From an uncultured Spirochaetota bacterium (GTDB lineage: Bacteria; Spirochaetota; UBA4802; UBA5550): 64,000 nucleotides of DNA. Shown here piece by piece: positions 9,713-20,932 of this stretch. The notes beneath the pieces were generated by a model. The model made no database searches. It was given only the letters and a program-made list of their open reading frames with translations, and was not told the DNA's origin. Position numbers and translations under genes: made by a program. Each line of letters begins with the position of its first letter. Positions within the stretch are counted from its first letter, which is position 1. The stretch is from NCBI GenBank assembly GCA_937872225.1, contig CALMRZ010000017.1:30325-94324 (forward strand), given 5' to 3'.

Positions 9713-10510
9713 ATGAAAATAATAAAACAACTGGCGACCGGTAACCGCGACAGCATGAAGAGCCTTACCTTCGAGTTGGAATCCCTCATCTACTCATCGG
9801 TGAAGGAAAGCTATCCTGGCAACTGGAATCAAGAGAAAATTACCCGGTCCCTGTTTTCCGGCATGAAATCGCTCTTCGGGGGTAAAACAATCCACACACC
9901 CGGCGACACGATCAAGACCGGCTGGAGCCTGTATCAGAGGAAGGACGTCTCTGATGATATTTTCGGTGAAATCGCCCTTGTCATCCAGGTAACGTATCAC
10001 GACGGCCAGGTTGTCCGCGGCGTGGTGTTTCATGATGTCGCCGAGAAGGACGGAGGAAAAAATACCTTTTCAAGTCTCCATAAAAATAATTTCAGAAGGC
10101 TCCTCTCCGTATCGCATCATTCTCAGATTCTTCTATACGATTACGACACCATAGCCGGCATGGCGTTCCCCTCTACGGCCGAGTCCATAATCGGGAACCA
10201 GCCCCACAACTGGAACAGCTGGATACCGTACACCCATGCCGTTTCCGTCCCCGCGAATCTCGCGCTTTCACTGGACATCAAAAGTACCGGGCTGTACAAA
10301 GTGTCCCTGCCCCTTTCGTATCAGATCTGCTACCGCTACTTATACGGCCTTGACCTTGACTATTCCATCCCGGCCCTCGAAACCGCTGCCGGTATAAAAA
10401 CCATAAAGGGCAACCCCCGTTTCCTTGTGTGCCTGGCCGTTTCCCACGGGGGCGCAGAACCGACCATGAATTTCGACTTGAACGAGAAGATGTATTCCTC
10501 CTTTGAATAA
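9713..10510 (+). CDS. Hypothetical protein, no recognisable domain
   Basis: Uninterrupted 265-codon ORF with coding-like composition in a tight gene array. No signal peptide and no motif I recognise. Confidence 0.45.
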   Translation: MKIIKQLATGNRDSMKSLTFELESLIYSSVKESYPGNWNQEKITRSLFSGMKSLFGGKTIHTPGDTIKTGWSLYQRKDVSDDIFGEIALVIQVTYHDGQVVRGVVFHDVAEKDGGKNTFSSLHKNNFRRLLSVSHHSQILLYDYDTIAGMAFPSTAESIIGNQPHNWNSWIPYTHAVSVPANLALSLDIKSTGLYKVSLPLSYQICYRYLYGLDLDYSIPALETAAGIKTIKGNPRFLVCLAVSHGGAEPTMNFDLNEKMYSSFE

Positions 10511-10572
10511 CTGGTACCGCTGCTTATCCGGGGATACATTCTCCATGATACTCGTTGCATTGCAGACCGGCT

Positions 10573-11112
10573 ATGAAGGTACTGGTCACATACTTCTCCC
10601 AGACAGGCAATACAGAACAGATAGCCAGGGCAATCCATGAAGAAGCCTCCTCCTGCTCCTCTCCATTCCTGAAAAAAACTGATGAGATTGCCCCGTCGCA
10701 ATTGGATGAGTATGACCATGTTTTTATCGGGTCTCCGTGCCATGCCGACACCCTTGCCGAACCGGTTCGGTCTTTCTTGAACCTCATCCCGGACAATTCC
10801 CCATGTCACCTTGCAGGGTTCGTCACCCATGCATCTTCATTTTACAACTTTTACAATAAGTCAGATTATGAAAACTGCATGACCTATCTGAGCTCCCTTT
10901 GCAGAAAAAAAGGAATTCCATACCGCGGATGTTTTGAATGCCAGGGCCGCCTTGCCCCGCAGCTCCGCGAGTTTATAAAAAAATCAAAGCATAGTACCCA
11001 TGACGAATGGGCGCGCATGGTCGCCCAGATGGAAGGACATCCCGACAGTGAAGATCTTACCAATGCCAGGGATTACGCCCGTGACATTTTAATGAAATTT
11101 CAACTTGACTGA
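10573..11112 (+). CDS. Flavodoxin-like protein
   Basis: 'KVLVTYFSQTGNTEQIA' flavodoxin FMN-phosphate loop at the N-terminus. Start set at the ATG at 10573. Confidence 0.7.
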   Translation: MKVLVTYFSQTGNTEQIARAIHEEASSCSSPFLKKTDEIAPSQLDEYDHVFIGSPCHADTLAEPVRSFLNLIPDNSPCHLAGFVTHASSFYNFYNKSDYENCMTYLSSLCRKKGIPYRGCFECQGRLAPQLREFIKKSKHSTHDEWARMVAQMEGHPDSEDLTNARDYARDILMKFQLD

Positions 11113-11478
11113 TTGCGGGCCGGTGAAATCTCATGGCTGCATGAGTACAGTACGGTGAAAGCAGAATCTCCCATACGCTGCCGCCAATGCGGCGTTTGCT
11201 GCCATGTTGACATGATTGCCTACATCACCGAGAATGATATGCGCCGATGGGAAGAGGAACAGCGCTTCGACATCATTTCCCACGTCCGCGGCACCGAAAT
11301 TCAGTGGTTCGGCGACATCATCCTCACCGGCAACGGCATCCACATCCAGAGCTGTACGTTTCTCAATTACGACGGGAATGTCTTTTTCTGCGACATATAC
11401 GAGACCCGACCCCAGGTATGCCGCGATTATATGCCGGGCTCATCGGCCCTGTGTCCTCTTTATAAAGGCCATGCATAA
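11113..11478 (+). CDS. YkgJ/UPF0153-family Fe-S or Zn-binding protein
   Basis: 'CRQCGVCC' (CxxCxxCC) plus distal 'CDIYETRPQVCRDY'. Start uncertain: TTG directly after the flavodoxin TGA, no SD. Confidence 0.55.
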   Translation: MRAGEISWLHEYSTVKAESPIRCRQCGVCCHVDMIAYITENDMRRWEEEQRFDIISHVRGTEIQWFGDIILTGNGIHIQSCTFLNYDGNVFFCDIYETRPQVCRDYMPGSSALCPLYKGHA

Positions 11479-11591
11479 AAAATACTTTACTGATAAGAGC
11501 AATCCAACGTAATGTTACAAAAGGATCGGAAGGGTGGCGTTACACCCCATCGTAAATTTCACGCTGTCACCATACAGCACCGGGAACAACT

Positions 11592-12536
11592 ATGAACGGC
11601 ACGGAAACCTACACCAAAAGCTGGGTAATACGTCTCATCATTTTAAACATTGCCATATTCTTCGGTCTGCAATTAATGCTGTCCATGGTCGGCACCGGCG
11701 AAGAGGGCTCCACCCTCAGCGACGTTCTGATTTTTTACCTTGGCCTGCGCCCGGTCCTGGTCATTGAAAAATATTACCTCTGGCAGCTTTTCACCTATAT
11801 GTTTCTCCACGGGGGGTTCCTCCATATTTTTCTGAACATGTACGCGCTGCTCATCTTCGGCATCCCCGTTGAGCAGGCCTGGGGAAGCCGGCGCTTTTTG
11901 TTTTATTATGTTTTTACCGGGGTCGGCGCCGGTGTCACCATCCTTGTCATCAACACGCTTCTGGGGGGCGTCAATTACATAACGCCCACCATCGGAGCAT
12001 CCGGCGCCGTCTTCGGCCTGCTTCTCGCCTTCGGCATGCTTTTTCCCGATGCCGAAATCCTGATTTTCTTCATCATCCCCATGCGCGCCAAATTCCTGGT
12101 GCTTCTCTATGGCGGCCTTGAGCTTTACTCCCTTGTCGCCTCCAGCGGCCAGAGCCCCGTATCCCATGCCGGTCATCTGGGAGGTATCATCTTCGGCCTT
12201 ATATTTTTCCTGATCATCCGTAAACGGGGGATAAGCTTCAAATCCAAGCTTATCAAGGCCCGTCTCAACCGAGAAATTGACCGGCACGAGACCAGATCAG
12301 AAAAGGAAATCAAACAGAACGATCATATTCTGGAGTCAATACTGGAAAAATTAAAGACCAGGGGGCCCGGTTCGATCACTGATGACGAATACCAGCATAT
12401 ACGCTACATGGAGATAATGACGCAGGATAACGAAGAGCTCTGTGTCGAAGAAGACTTTGACGCCAATGATGAATTCTGCACAAAATGCGCCCATCGTGAA
12501 GCCTGTCTTCTCCGCCAGATTAAAAAATATCTGTAA
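11592..12536 (+). CDS. Rhomboid-family intramembrane serine protease with a ~105 aa C-terminal tail
   Basis: 'HGGFLHIFLNM', catalytic 'GASGAVFG' and 'AGHLGG'. Multiple TM helices. Confidence 0.75.
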   Translation: MNGTETYTKSWVIRLIILNIAIFFGLQLMLSMVGTGEEGSTLSDVLIFYLGLRPVLVIEKYYLWQLFTYMFLHGGFLHIFLNMYALLIFGIPVEQAWGSRRFLFYYVFTGVGAGVTILVINTLLGGVNYITPTIGASGAVFGLLLAFGMLFPDAEILIFFIIPMRAKFLVLLYGGLELYSLVASSGQSPVSHAGHLGGIIFGLIFFLIIRKRGISFKSKLIKARLNREIDRHETRSEKEIKQNDHILESILEKLKTRGPGSITDDEYQHIRYMEIMTQDNEELCVEEDFDANDEFCTKCAHREACLLRQIKKYL

Positions 12537-12744
12537 ATGTTTTGTAAGGCATTAAATTAATCTTTACAAGGATAACCGCTGTTTTAAACAATTTACCAGT
12601 AACAGGATTCAGTTCAACTGGTGCTTCATTTCCGATAATCGCTTCAGCCCGCCAGGGATGAGGTGCATATCAGAATAATTATTGTGATACAGTATACATA
12701 GATCTGATTGGTTGTAAGTAAAAATTAACAGAAGGAGAATCAGA

Positions 12745-15483
<2,739 letters not shown>

Positions 15484-15528
15484 GCGGTGGGAGACCCTCC
15501 CATCATAAAACTCTACAGAGGGTGAAAC

Positions 15529-16257
15529 ATGAAAAAAACATTGGTAATGACCGCTTTGCTTCTATTTGCCGGCACGTCCCTTTATGCATCGTATAAAGAA
15601 GCGCTGAAACTTTTTGAGCAGAAAGACTACAAAGGATCGTTAAAAATGATCGCGGATGAGCTGGAAACCGCCAATGACACGAAACCCGACTCACCCAACT
15701 ACAACCTCAGGTTCCTGGCGGCCCATAATCACTGGAAGCTGGGCAATACCAAGTCTGCCATTGATCATTTCACCCGCTGTATAGCCATAAAGAAAAACAA
15801 GGTTGATCCCTATATCGACCTCGCACTCCTCCAGATCGAAATTAAAAAATACGCCGAGGCCGACGCCACGGCCAAGAAAGGCATGGAAGTTGAAAAATCG
15901 CCCATGCTCTATTACATCATGGGCATGACATCATTAAAGAGGGAAAATTTCTGGAAAGCCAAGGAAATGTTCGAAAAGGCCAACTCCCTCAATCCCGATC
16001 TCTACTATTCCTATAACGCCCTGGGTGTCACCCTGATGAAGCTGAAGAAATACGGCGAGGCCAACACGGCATTTTCTGCCGCGTACGCGGTCAAACCCCG
16101 TTCGGTGGAAATTGTAAACAACCTGGGTATGAGTTATGAGAAACTCGGCAAGGTCAAGGATGCCTATGAGTATTACAAGAAAGCCCTGGCCCTTGACGAG
16201 AAAAACCGGGTCATAGCGACGAATATCGACCGCGTGAAAGGCAAGGTCAAGAATTAG
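15529..16257 (+). CDS. Secreted TPR-repeat protein
   Basis: Signal peptide. Repeated 34-aa A/Y/L-rich TPR pattern ('YYSYNALGVTLMKLKKYGEA', 'NNLGMSYEKLGKVKDAYEYYKKAL'). Confidence 0.7.
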   Translation: MKKTLVMTALLLFAGTSLYASYKEALKLFEQKDYKGSLKMIADELETANDTKPDSPNYNLRFLAAHNHWKLGNTKSAIDHFTRCIAIKKNKVDPYIDLALLQIEIKKYAEADATAKKGMEVEKSPMLYYIMGMTSLKRENFWKAKEMFEKANSLNPDLYYSYNALGVTLMKLKKYGEANTAFSAAYAVKPRSVEIVNNLGMSYEKLGKVKDAYEYYKKALALDEKNRVIATNIDRVKGKVKN

Positions 16258-17432
16258 CCGAGCTTTTCCAGGGCTTCCTTAAACTTCGGTATCGATCGCT
16301 TTATCACATCCTCGGGTACGCAATAGGCCATCCTGAAGTACCCCGGTCCCCCGAACCCGCTGCCGGGAACCGCCAGGATGTTGAATTTTTGCAGATGCTG
16401 CACGAACTTCACGTCGTCAGCTATCGGTGATTTGCAGAAAATGTAGAAGGCCCCCTCCGGCATGGGAAACGTGTACCCGGCGCTCTTCAATCCTTCAGCC
16501 AGCAGATCCCTCCTCCTCCGATAGGGGGTAATATCGACCGTGACGTCAGTCAGCTCCGCCACGATGCGCTGCATAAGGGCCGGGGCATTCACATACCCCA
16601 GAATGCGGTTGCAGAGGATCATGCCGGCCATGAGCTGATCTATATAATCGCATGCCGGGTTTGCGGCTATGAAACCGATGCGCTCTCCCGGTATGGAAAG
16701 GGACTTGGAATAGGAATTCACAACGATCGACTGTGAATAATTGCACAGAATGCCAGGGACTTTCACATTATCATAGACAATTTCCCTGTACGGCTCATCG
16801 GAAATAAGATATATGATGTGCCCTTTTTTTCGGAAATCTTCCAACACCGCGGCAAGTTCCTTGATCTGCTGTTCAGGGTAGACCCGCCCCGTGGGATTAT
16901 TGGGAGAATTTATGAGCACCGCCCTTGTCTTCGTTGATATGGCCTTGTGAATATTCTCTATATTCAGGGAAAAATCCGGGTTGGTGTCCACCAGCCTGGG
17001 CACGCCATTATGATTCGTTATGTAGAAATTATATTCTACGAAATACGGTTTCGAAACAATAACTTCATCACCGGGATTAAGAATCGCTTTCAGAACGGTA
17101 TTCAGGCCCCCTGCCGCCCCGCAGGTCATGATAATGTTTTTCTCCGTTACCGCAACGCCCTCTTCAGCAGAAACCCTGGCGGCTATGGCCTTGCACACCG
17201 ACGGGAACCCGGCGTTGGGCATGTATCCATGGGCCCCCTTTGCCGCCTTATGCGCGAAATCCTTCAGCACTTCAAAGAATTTTTCCGGCGGGTCCAGGTC
17301 GGGATTTCCAAGGCTGAAATCAAAGACGTTTTCATGACCGAATTGGGCCTTCAACTTGATGCCCTCTTCAAACATCTTCCGTATCCAGGAAGCTTTTTCT
17401 ATTGATTCCTTGATGTGCCCGGCTATCGACAT
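16254..17432 (-). CDS. Class I/II pyridoxal-phosphate aminotransferase (aspartate/alanine aminotransferase-like)
   Basis: 'NSPNNPTG' and PLP-lysine 'SYSKSLSIPGERIG'. Start set at MSIAGH (ATG at 17432) behind GAGGAGGG; the longer ORF-track extension lacks homology. Confidence 0.8.
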   Translation of the reverse strand: MSIAGHIKESIEKASWIRKMFEEGIKLKAQFGHENVFDFSLGNPDLDPPEKFFEVLKDFAHKAAKGAHGYMPNAGFPSVCKAIAARVSAEEGVAVTEKNIIMTCGAAGGLNTVLKAILNPGDEVIVSKPYFVEYNFYITNHNGVPRLVDTNPDFSLNIENIHKAISTKTRAVLINSPNNPTGRVYPEQQIKELAAVLEDFRKKGHIIYLISDEPYREIVYDNVKVPGILCNYSQSIVVNSYSKSLSIPGERIGFIAANPACDYIDQLMAGMILCNRILGYVNAPALMQRIVAELTDVTVDITPYRRRRDLLAEGLKSAGYTFPMPEGAFYIFCKSPIADDVKFVQHLQKFNILAVPGSGFGGPGYFRMAYCVPEDVIKRSIPKFKEALEKLG

Positions 17433-17578
17433 GGTGGCCCTCCTCGGTGATGATATTCTTAACAACGGGGGGATATAATTAATTGCAAGAACAAAATATG
17501 CGGCGCAATTCCCCGGACTGTTATTATTATTGACTTCTATTCGATCATGGTGGCTGTTTATATCAAAGGAGTGCGGCC

Positions 17579-18364
17579 ATGTCCGACTACGCACGGTTCG
17601 ATCATCCTGCCGTATCATCGTTCCTGTTTTATCCCAGGCCGGAGGAATCCCGGTCCCTTGCAGGCGATAATATAGTGGAACTCTCCATCCCCGTTGACAA
17701 TGATGTCATGGTTGGCGGAAAAATATTCACCTCCTCGAAGAGTTCCCCTTCGATTCTTTTTTTTCACGGCAACGGTGAAATCGTCATCGATTACGATGAC
17801 CTGGGCCCCCTGTACGTAAACCTGGGATTAAATTTCATTCCCGTTGATTACCGAGGCTACGGACGATCCGGCGGCAGTCCAAGCGTATCCGCCATGATGA
17901 GGGATTGCCATACCATTTTCGATTATATGAAAGAGTGGCTCAAAGAGGAACATTATACCGGGCCGTTCATCATAATGGGACGGTCCCTGGGAAGCGCATC
18001 AGCCCTGGAACTGGCCGCGACCCGGCAAAATGAGGTAAACGGTCTGATAATCGACAGCGGCTTTGCCTACGCATTGCCCCTCCTGCGTATAATCGGTGTG
18101 GACCCGGACCGCCTGGGGATCAGGGAGGAGGAGGGATTCCTGAACATTGACAAGATCAGACAGTTCAGAAAGCCGACCCTTATCATCCATGCCGAGAGGG
18201 ACCACATCATACCCTACAGCGACGGCTGCGCCCTATTTGAGGCATCCCCGGCTGAAACAAAGGACCTAGTGACCATCAAGGAGGCAAATCACAATACCAT
18301 ATTCATGTACGGCCTGAGGGAATTTCTCACAGCGGTAAGGAAGCTTGCCGATGCCCTGGAGTAA
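17579..18364 (+). CDS. Alpha/beta hydrolase
   Basis: 'FFHGNGE', nucleophile elbow 'GRSLGSA', and 'HAERDHIIP' with the catalytic Asp/His region. Confidence 0.7.
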   Translation: MSDYARFDHPAVSSFLFYPRPEESRSLAGDNIVELSIPVDNDVMVGGKIFTSSKSSPSILFFHGNGEIVIDYDDLGPLYVNLGLNFIPVDYRGYGRSGGSPSVSAMMRDCHTIFDYMKEWLKEEHYTGPFIIMGRSLGSASALELAATRQNEVNGLIIDSGFAYALPLLRIIGVDPDRLGIREEEGFLNIDKIRQFRKPTLIIHAERDHIIPYSDGCALFEASPAETKDLVTIKEANHNTIFMYGLREFLTAVRKLADALE

Positions 18365-18517
18365 GACTTAATCCAAAGGCCATGGAACCGCTAATTATAA
18401 TTGCTATTCCTCTGATGTGGCCATATATTTATGTTATCGTAAAATCCTGACAATTCGTTTCTGTAATTGATGAATGTCGATTATTGTTGCTGAAGTCAGC
18501 AAATTAATACCTGCACC

Positions 18518-19972
18518 ATGAAAACCTCATCGATCAACAAAATTCACGACTACCTTTATGAAATACCGGTGAGCTTCAAGCACGGCATGAGGGTCCCCGC
18601 ACGCATCTATGCCTCCCTGCAGCTCATTGAGAACATGGACAATGCCGTCCTGGACCAGCTTACCAACGTGTGCCTCCTCCCAGGAATCTTAAAGCATGCC
18701 CTCTGCATGCCTGACGGCCATTCCGGGTACGGATTCCCCATCGGCGGCGTCGCAGCCATAGACCCGGATACCGGCGTCATCTCTCCGGGCGGGATCGGTT
18801 TTGACATCAATTGCGGTGTCCGCCTCATGGCCACTTCTTTGACCTTTGACGAGGTCAAGCCACGCTTGAAGACCCTGGTGCAGGCCCTGTTCAACCAGGT
18901 GCCTTCAGGGGTCGGGTCAGACGGCATGGTGCGGCTTAAGCCCGACGATTTTGATGAAGCCATGATCCTGGGAGCCCGGTGGGCGATACAGAACGGTTAC
19001 GGCTCCCCGACCGATCTTGATTTCATCGAAGAAAACGGCTGCATGAAAGGCGCCGATCCGCGCGCTGTTTCAGACCGGGCCCGCGCCCGGGGCAAGGACC
19101 AGGCCGGGAGCCTCGGCTCCGGCAACCATTACCTTGAAATCCAGGTTGTGAAAGAGAAGAATATTTTCGATAAAAAAATCGCCGAACAGTTCGGCATCGT
19201 CCGTGACGGCCAGATCATGGTGATGATCCATTCCGGAAGCCGCGGCTTCGGCCACCAGATCGCCACTGACTATCTCAAACGGTTCCTTTCCGTCATGGGG
19301 TCGAAATACGGCTTGTCCCTGCCCGACCGTGAGCTCGCCTGCGCCCCCTTCTATTCCGATGACGGGCAGAATTATTACAGGGCCATGAACTGCGCCATCA
19401 ATTACGCCTTTCTGAACCGCCAGATGATGATGCATTCAGTGAAAAATATATTGTGCGACATTTTTAAAAAAAGCCCTGAAGAGCTTGGGCTCCGTCTGGT
19501 CTACGATGTGTGCCACAACACGGCCAAGCTGGAGCGCCACGCCATAGACGGAAAGGAAAAAGAAATCCTGATACACCGTAAGGGGGCCACGCGCGCCTTT
19601 GCCCCGGGCATGGAAGGGATCCCTGACCGCTACCGTTCCACGGGCCAGCCGGTCCTCATCGGCGGAAGCATGGAAACGGGTTCCTATCTCCTGGCGGGCA
19701 TCCCTTCCGGCGCCGAAGCCTTTTATTCCACCTGCCATGGAAGCGGCCGGGTCATGTCTCGGCACCGGGCAAAAAGCACCTTCAACGGCAGGGAGCTCCA
19801 GAAACACCTGGAGGAGCAGGGCATCATTATCCTCACCTCGTCCTTCCCGGGCCTAGCGGAAGAAGCCGGCGGGGCCTATAAAAATGTTGATGAGGTGATT
19901 CAGGCAACGGAGCAGGGGGGCCTCAGCAGGGCCGTTGCCAAGCTGCTCCCCATCGGCAACATCAAGGGATGA
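18518..19972 (+). CDS. rtcB: RNA 3'-phosphate ligase RtcB
   Basis: 'PDGHSGYGFPIGGV', 'DINCGVR', 'GSGNHYLE', 'HSGSRGFGHQ' and 'CHGSGR' metal/GMP-histidine motifs. Confidence 0.9.
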   Translation: MKTSSINKIHDYLYEIPVSFKHGMRVPARIYASLQLIENMDNAVLDQLTNVCLLPGILKHALCMPDGHSGYGFPIGGVAAIDPDTGVISPGGIGFDINCGVRLMATSLTFDEVKPRLKTLVQALFNQVPSGVGSDGMVRLKPDDFDEAMILGARWAIQNGYGSPTDLDFIEENGCMKGADPRAVSDRARARGKDQAGSLGSGNHYLEIQVVKEKNIFDKKIAEQFGIVRDGQIMVMIHSGSRGFGHQIATDYLKRFLSVMGSKYGLSLPDRELACAPFYSDDGQNYYRAMNCAINYAFLNRQMMMHSVKNILCDIFKKSPEELGLRLVYDVCHNTAKLERHAIDGKEKEILIHRKGATRAFAPGMEGIPDRYRSTGQPVLIGGSMETGSYLLAGIPSGAEAFYSTCHGSGRVMSRHRAKSTFNGRELQKHLEEQGIIILTSSFPGLAEEAGGAYKNVDEVIQATEQGGLSRAVAKLLPIGNIKG

Positions 19973-19975
19973 ATC

Positions 19976-20407
19976 ATGGACTTTGAAATACTGGAGGGCA
20001 TCAGCAGGGCGGATATTGCATTCCGCGTCTGGGGGGGGGACCCGGTCGAGCTCTTCACCGCAGGCGCCGGGGCCCTTCTGGCCATTATGATCAGGAATCC
20101 CGAAACAGTCCTGAAAAAAACATCTCTTTCCTTTGCCTGTGAAGCCGCAGACCTGGAGATGCTCTATTATGATTTCCTGTCTGAATTCATTTTTCGCAAG
20201 GATTCCGACAAACTGCTGCTGCTCCCTGAAAAACTGGAAATCAACAGGTCAGACGGCTTGTACCGATTATCCTGCATCGCCTCCGGCGAGGCCATAGACC
20301 GGGGAAGGCATGTCTTTGCCGTGGATATCAAGGCGGCCACTATGCATAATCTCAGCGTCACCAGGGACGATAACGGGTTTTCCGCCACGATCGTCGTTGA
20401 CGTATAG
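19976..20407 (+). CDS. Archease (RtcB activator)
   Basis: 143 aa, starting 3 nt after the rtcB stop. 'ADIAFRVWG...ELF' N-terminus and 'DIKAATMHNLSV' C-terminal strand are typical of archease. Confidence 0.7.
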   Translation: MDFEILEGISRADIAFRVWGGDPVELFTAGAGALLAIMIRNPETVLKKTSLSFACEAADLEMLYYDFLSEFIFRKDSDKLLLLPEKLEINRSDGLYRLSCIASGEAIDRGRHVFAVDIKAATMHNLSVTRDDNGFSATIVVDV

Positions 20408-20410
20408 CAG

Positions 20411-20932
20411 TTAACCCCGCAGCTGGTTGTGGTACATCCGCCGCACCTCATGGAAAAAATAGAGGTATTCCGGCTTCTGGTAATCCGGGTAGGTCCATTC
20501 CCACGGCTGGTACCGCCGGGCGACGTAACGGTATTCGTTCTCAAGGAAGACCCCTTTCCGGAGATACGTCCTGTGGAAAAAATCCTTGCAGGTTGCCAGA
20601 TACACGTTGGAAAGGGTCAGGTAACCGGGGTCTATATTGACCTTTCTGGTTTTATTTTCCGCGAACCGCTTTTCAAGCCTGTTGGTGAAGAGCTTGATTT
20701 CCACGATATCTTCCCGGCGTATCAGCCTGCGAAATGAGAAGAGGACCTTTAACTGCGCCGATCCCATGTCGCTGTAATATTTGGTGTGAACGAAAGGGAT
20801 GTTTTTGGTGCGAAAATCCATTTCACCAAACTTTTTCACCAGCGCTTTTTCAACTGCGTCAAGGATGACCTCCGACGAAAAGAGAACGCCGATGAACAGT
20901 TTTGCCCTTGCTGGGATGACCGGTTCAGACAT
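20411..20932 (-). CDS. Conserved hypothetical protein (resembles the DUF4416 family)
   Basis: 173 aa. Overlaps the upstream pseudouridine synthase stop by 8 nt. 'NIDPGYLTLSNVYLATCKDFFHRTYL' matches my memory of DUF4416; unverified. Confidence 0.5.
   Translation of the reverse strand: MSEPVIPARAKLFIGVLFSSEVILDAVEKALVKKFGEMDFRTKNIPFVHTKYYSDMGSAQLKVLFSFRRLIRREDIVEIKLFTNRLEKRFAENKTRKVNIDPGYLTLSNVYLATCKDFFHRTYLRKGVFLENEYRYVARRYQPWEWTYPDYQKPEYLYFFHEVRRMYHNQLRG

Noticed and set aside
16254-17618. The 454-aa version of the aminotransferase ORF, and similar N-terminal extensions of cimA, purD, purA, moeA, the cytidylyltransferase, the MORN protein and flavodoxin
   Set aside because: The extensions have no homology-like sequence and in some cases run across promoters. 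Internal ATGs with good SD sequences coincide with the conserved N-termini of the families.
19970-19978. rtcB and archease being in the same reading frame (possible read-through fusion)
   Set aside because: Archease has its own ATG 3 nt after the rtcB TGA and a complete family-typical N-terminus. Same-frame adjacency is expected by chance one time in three.
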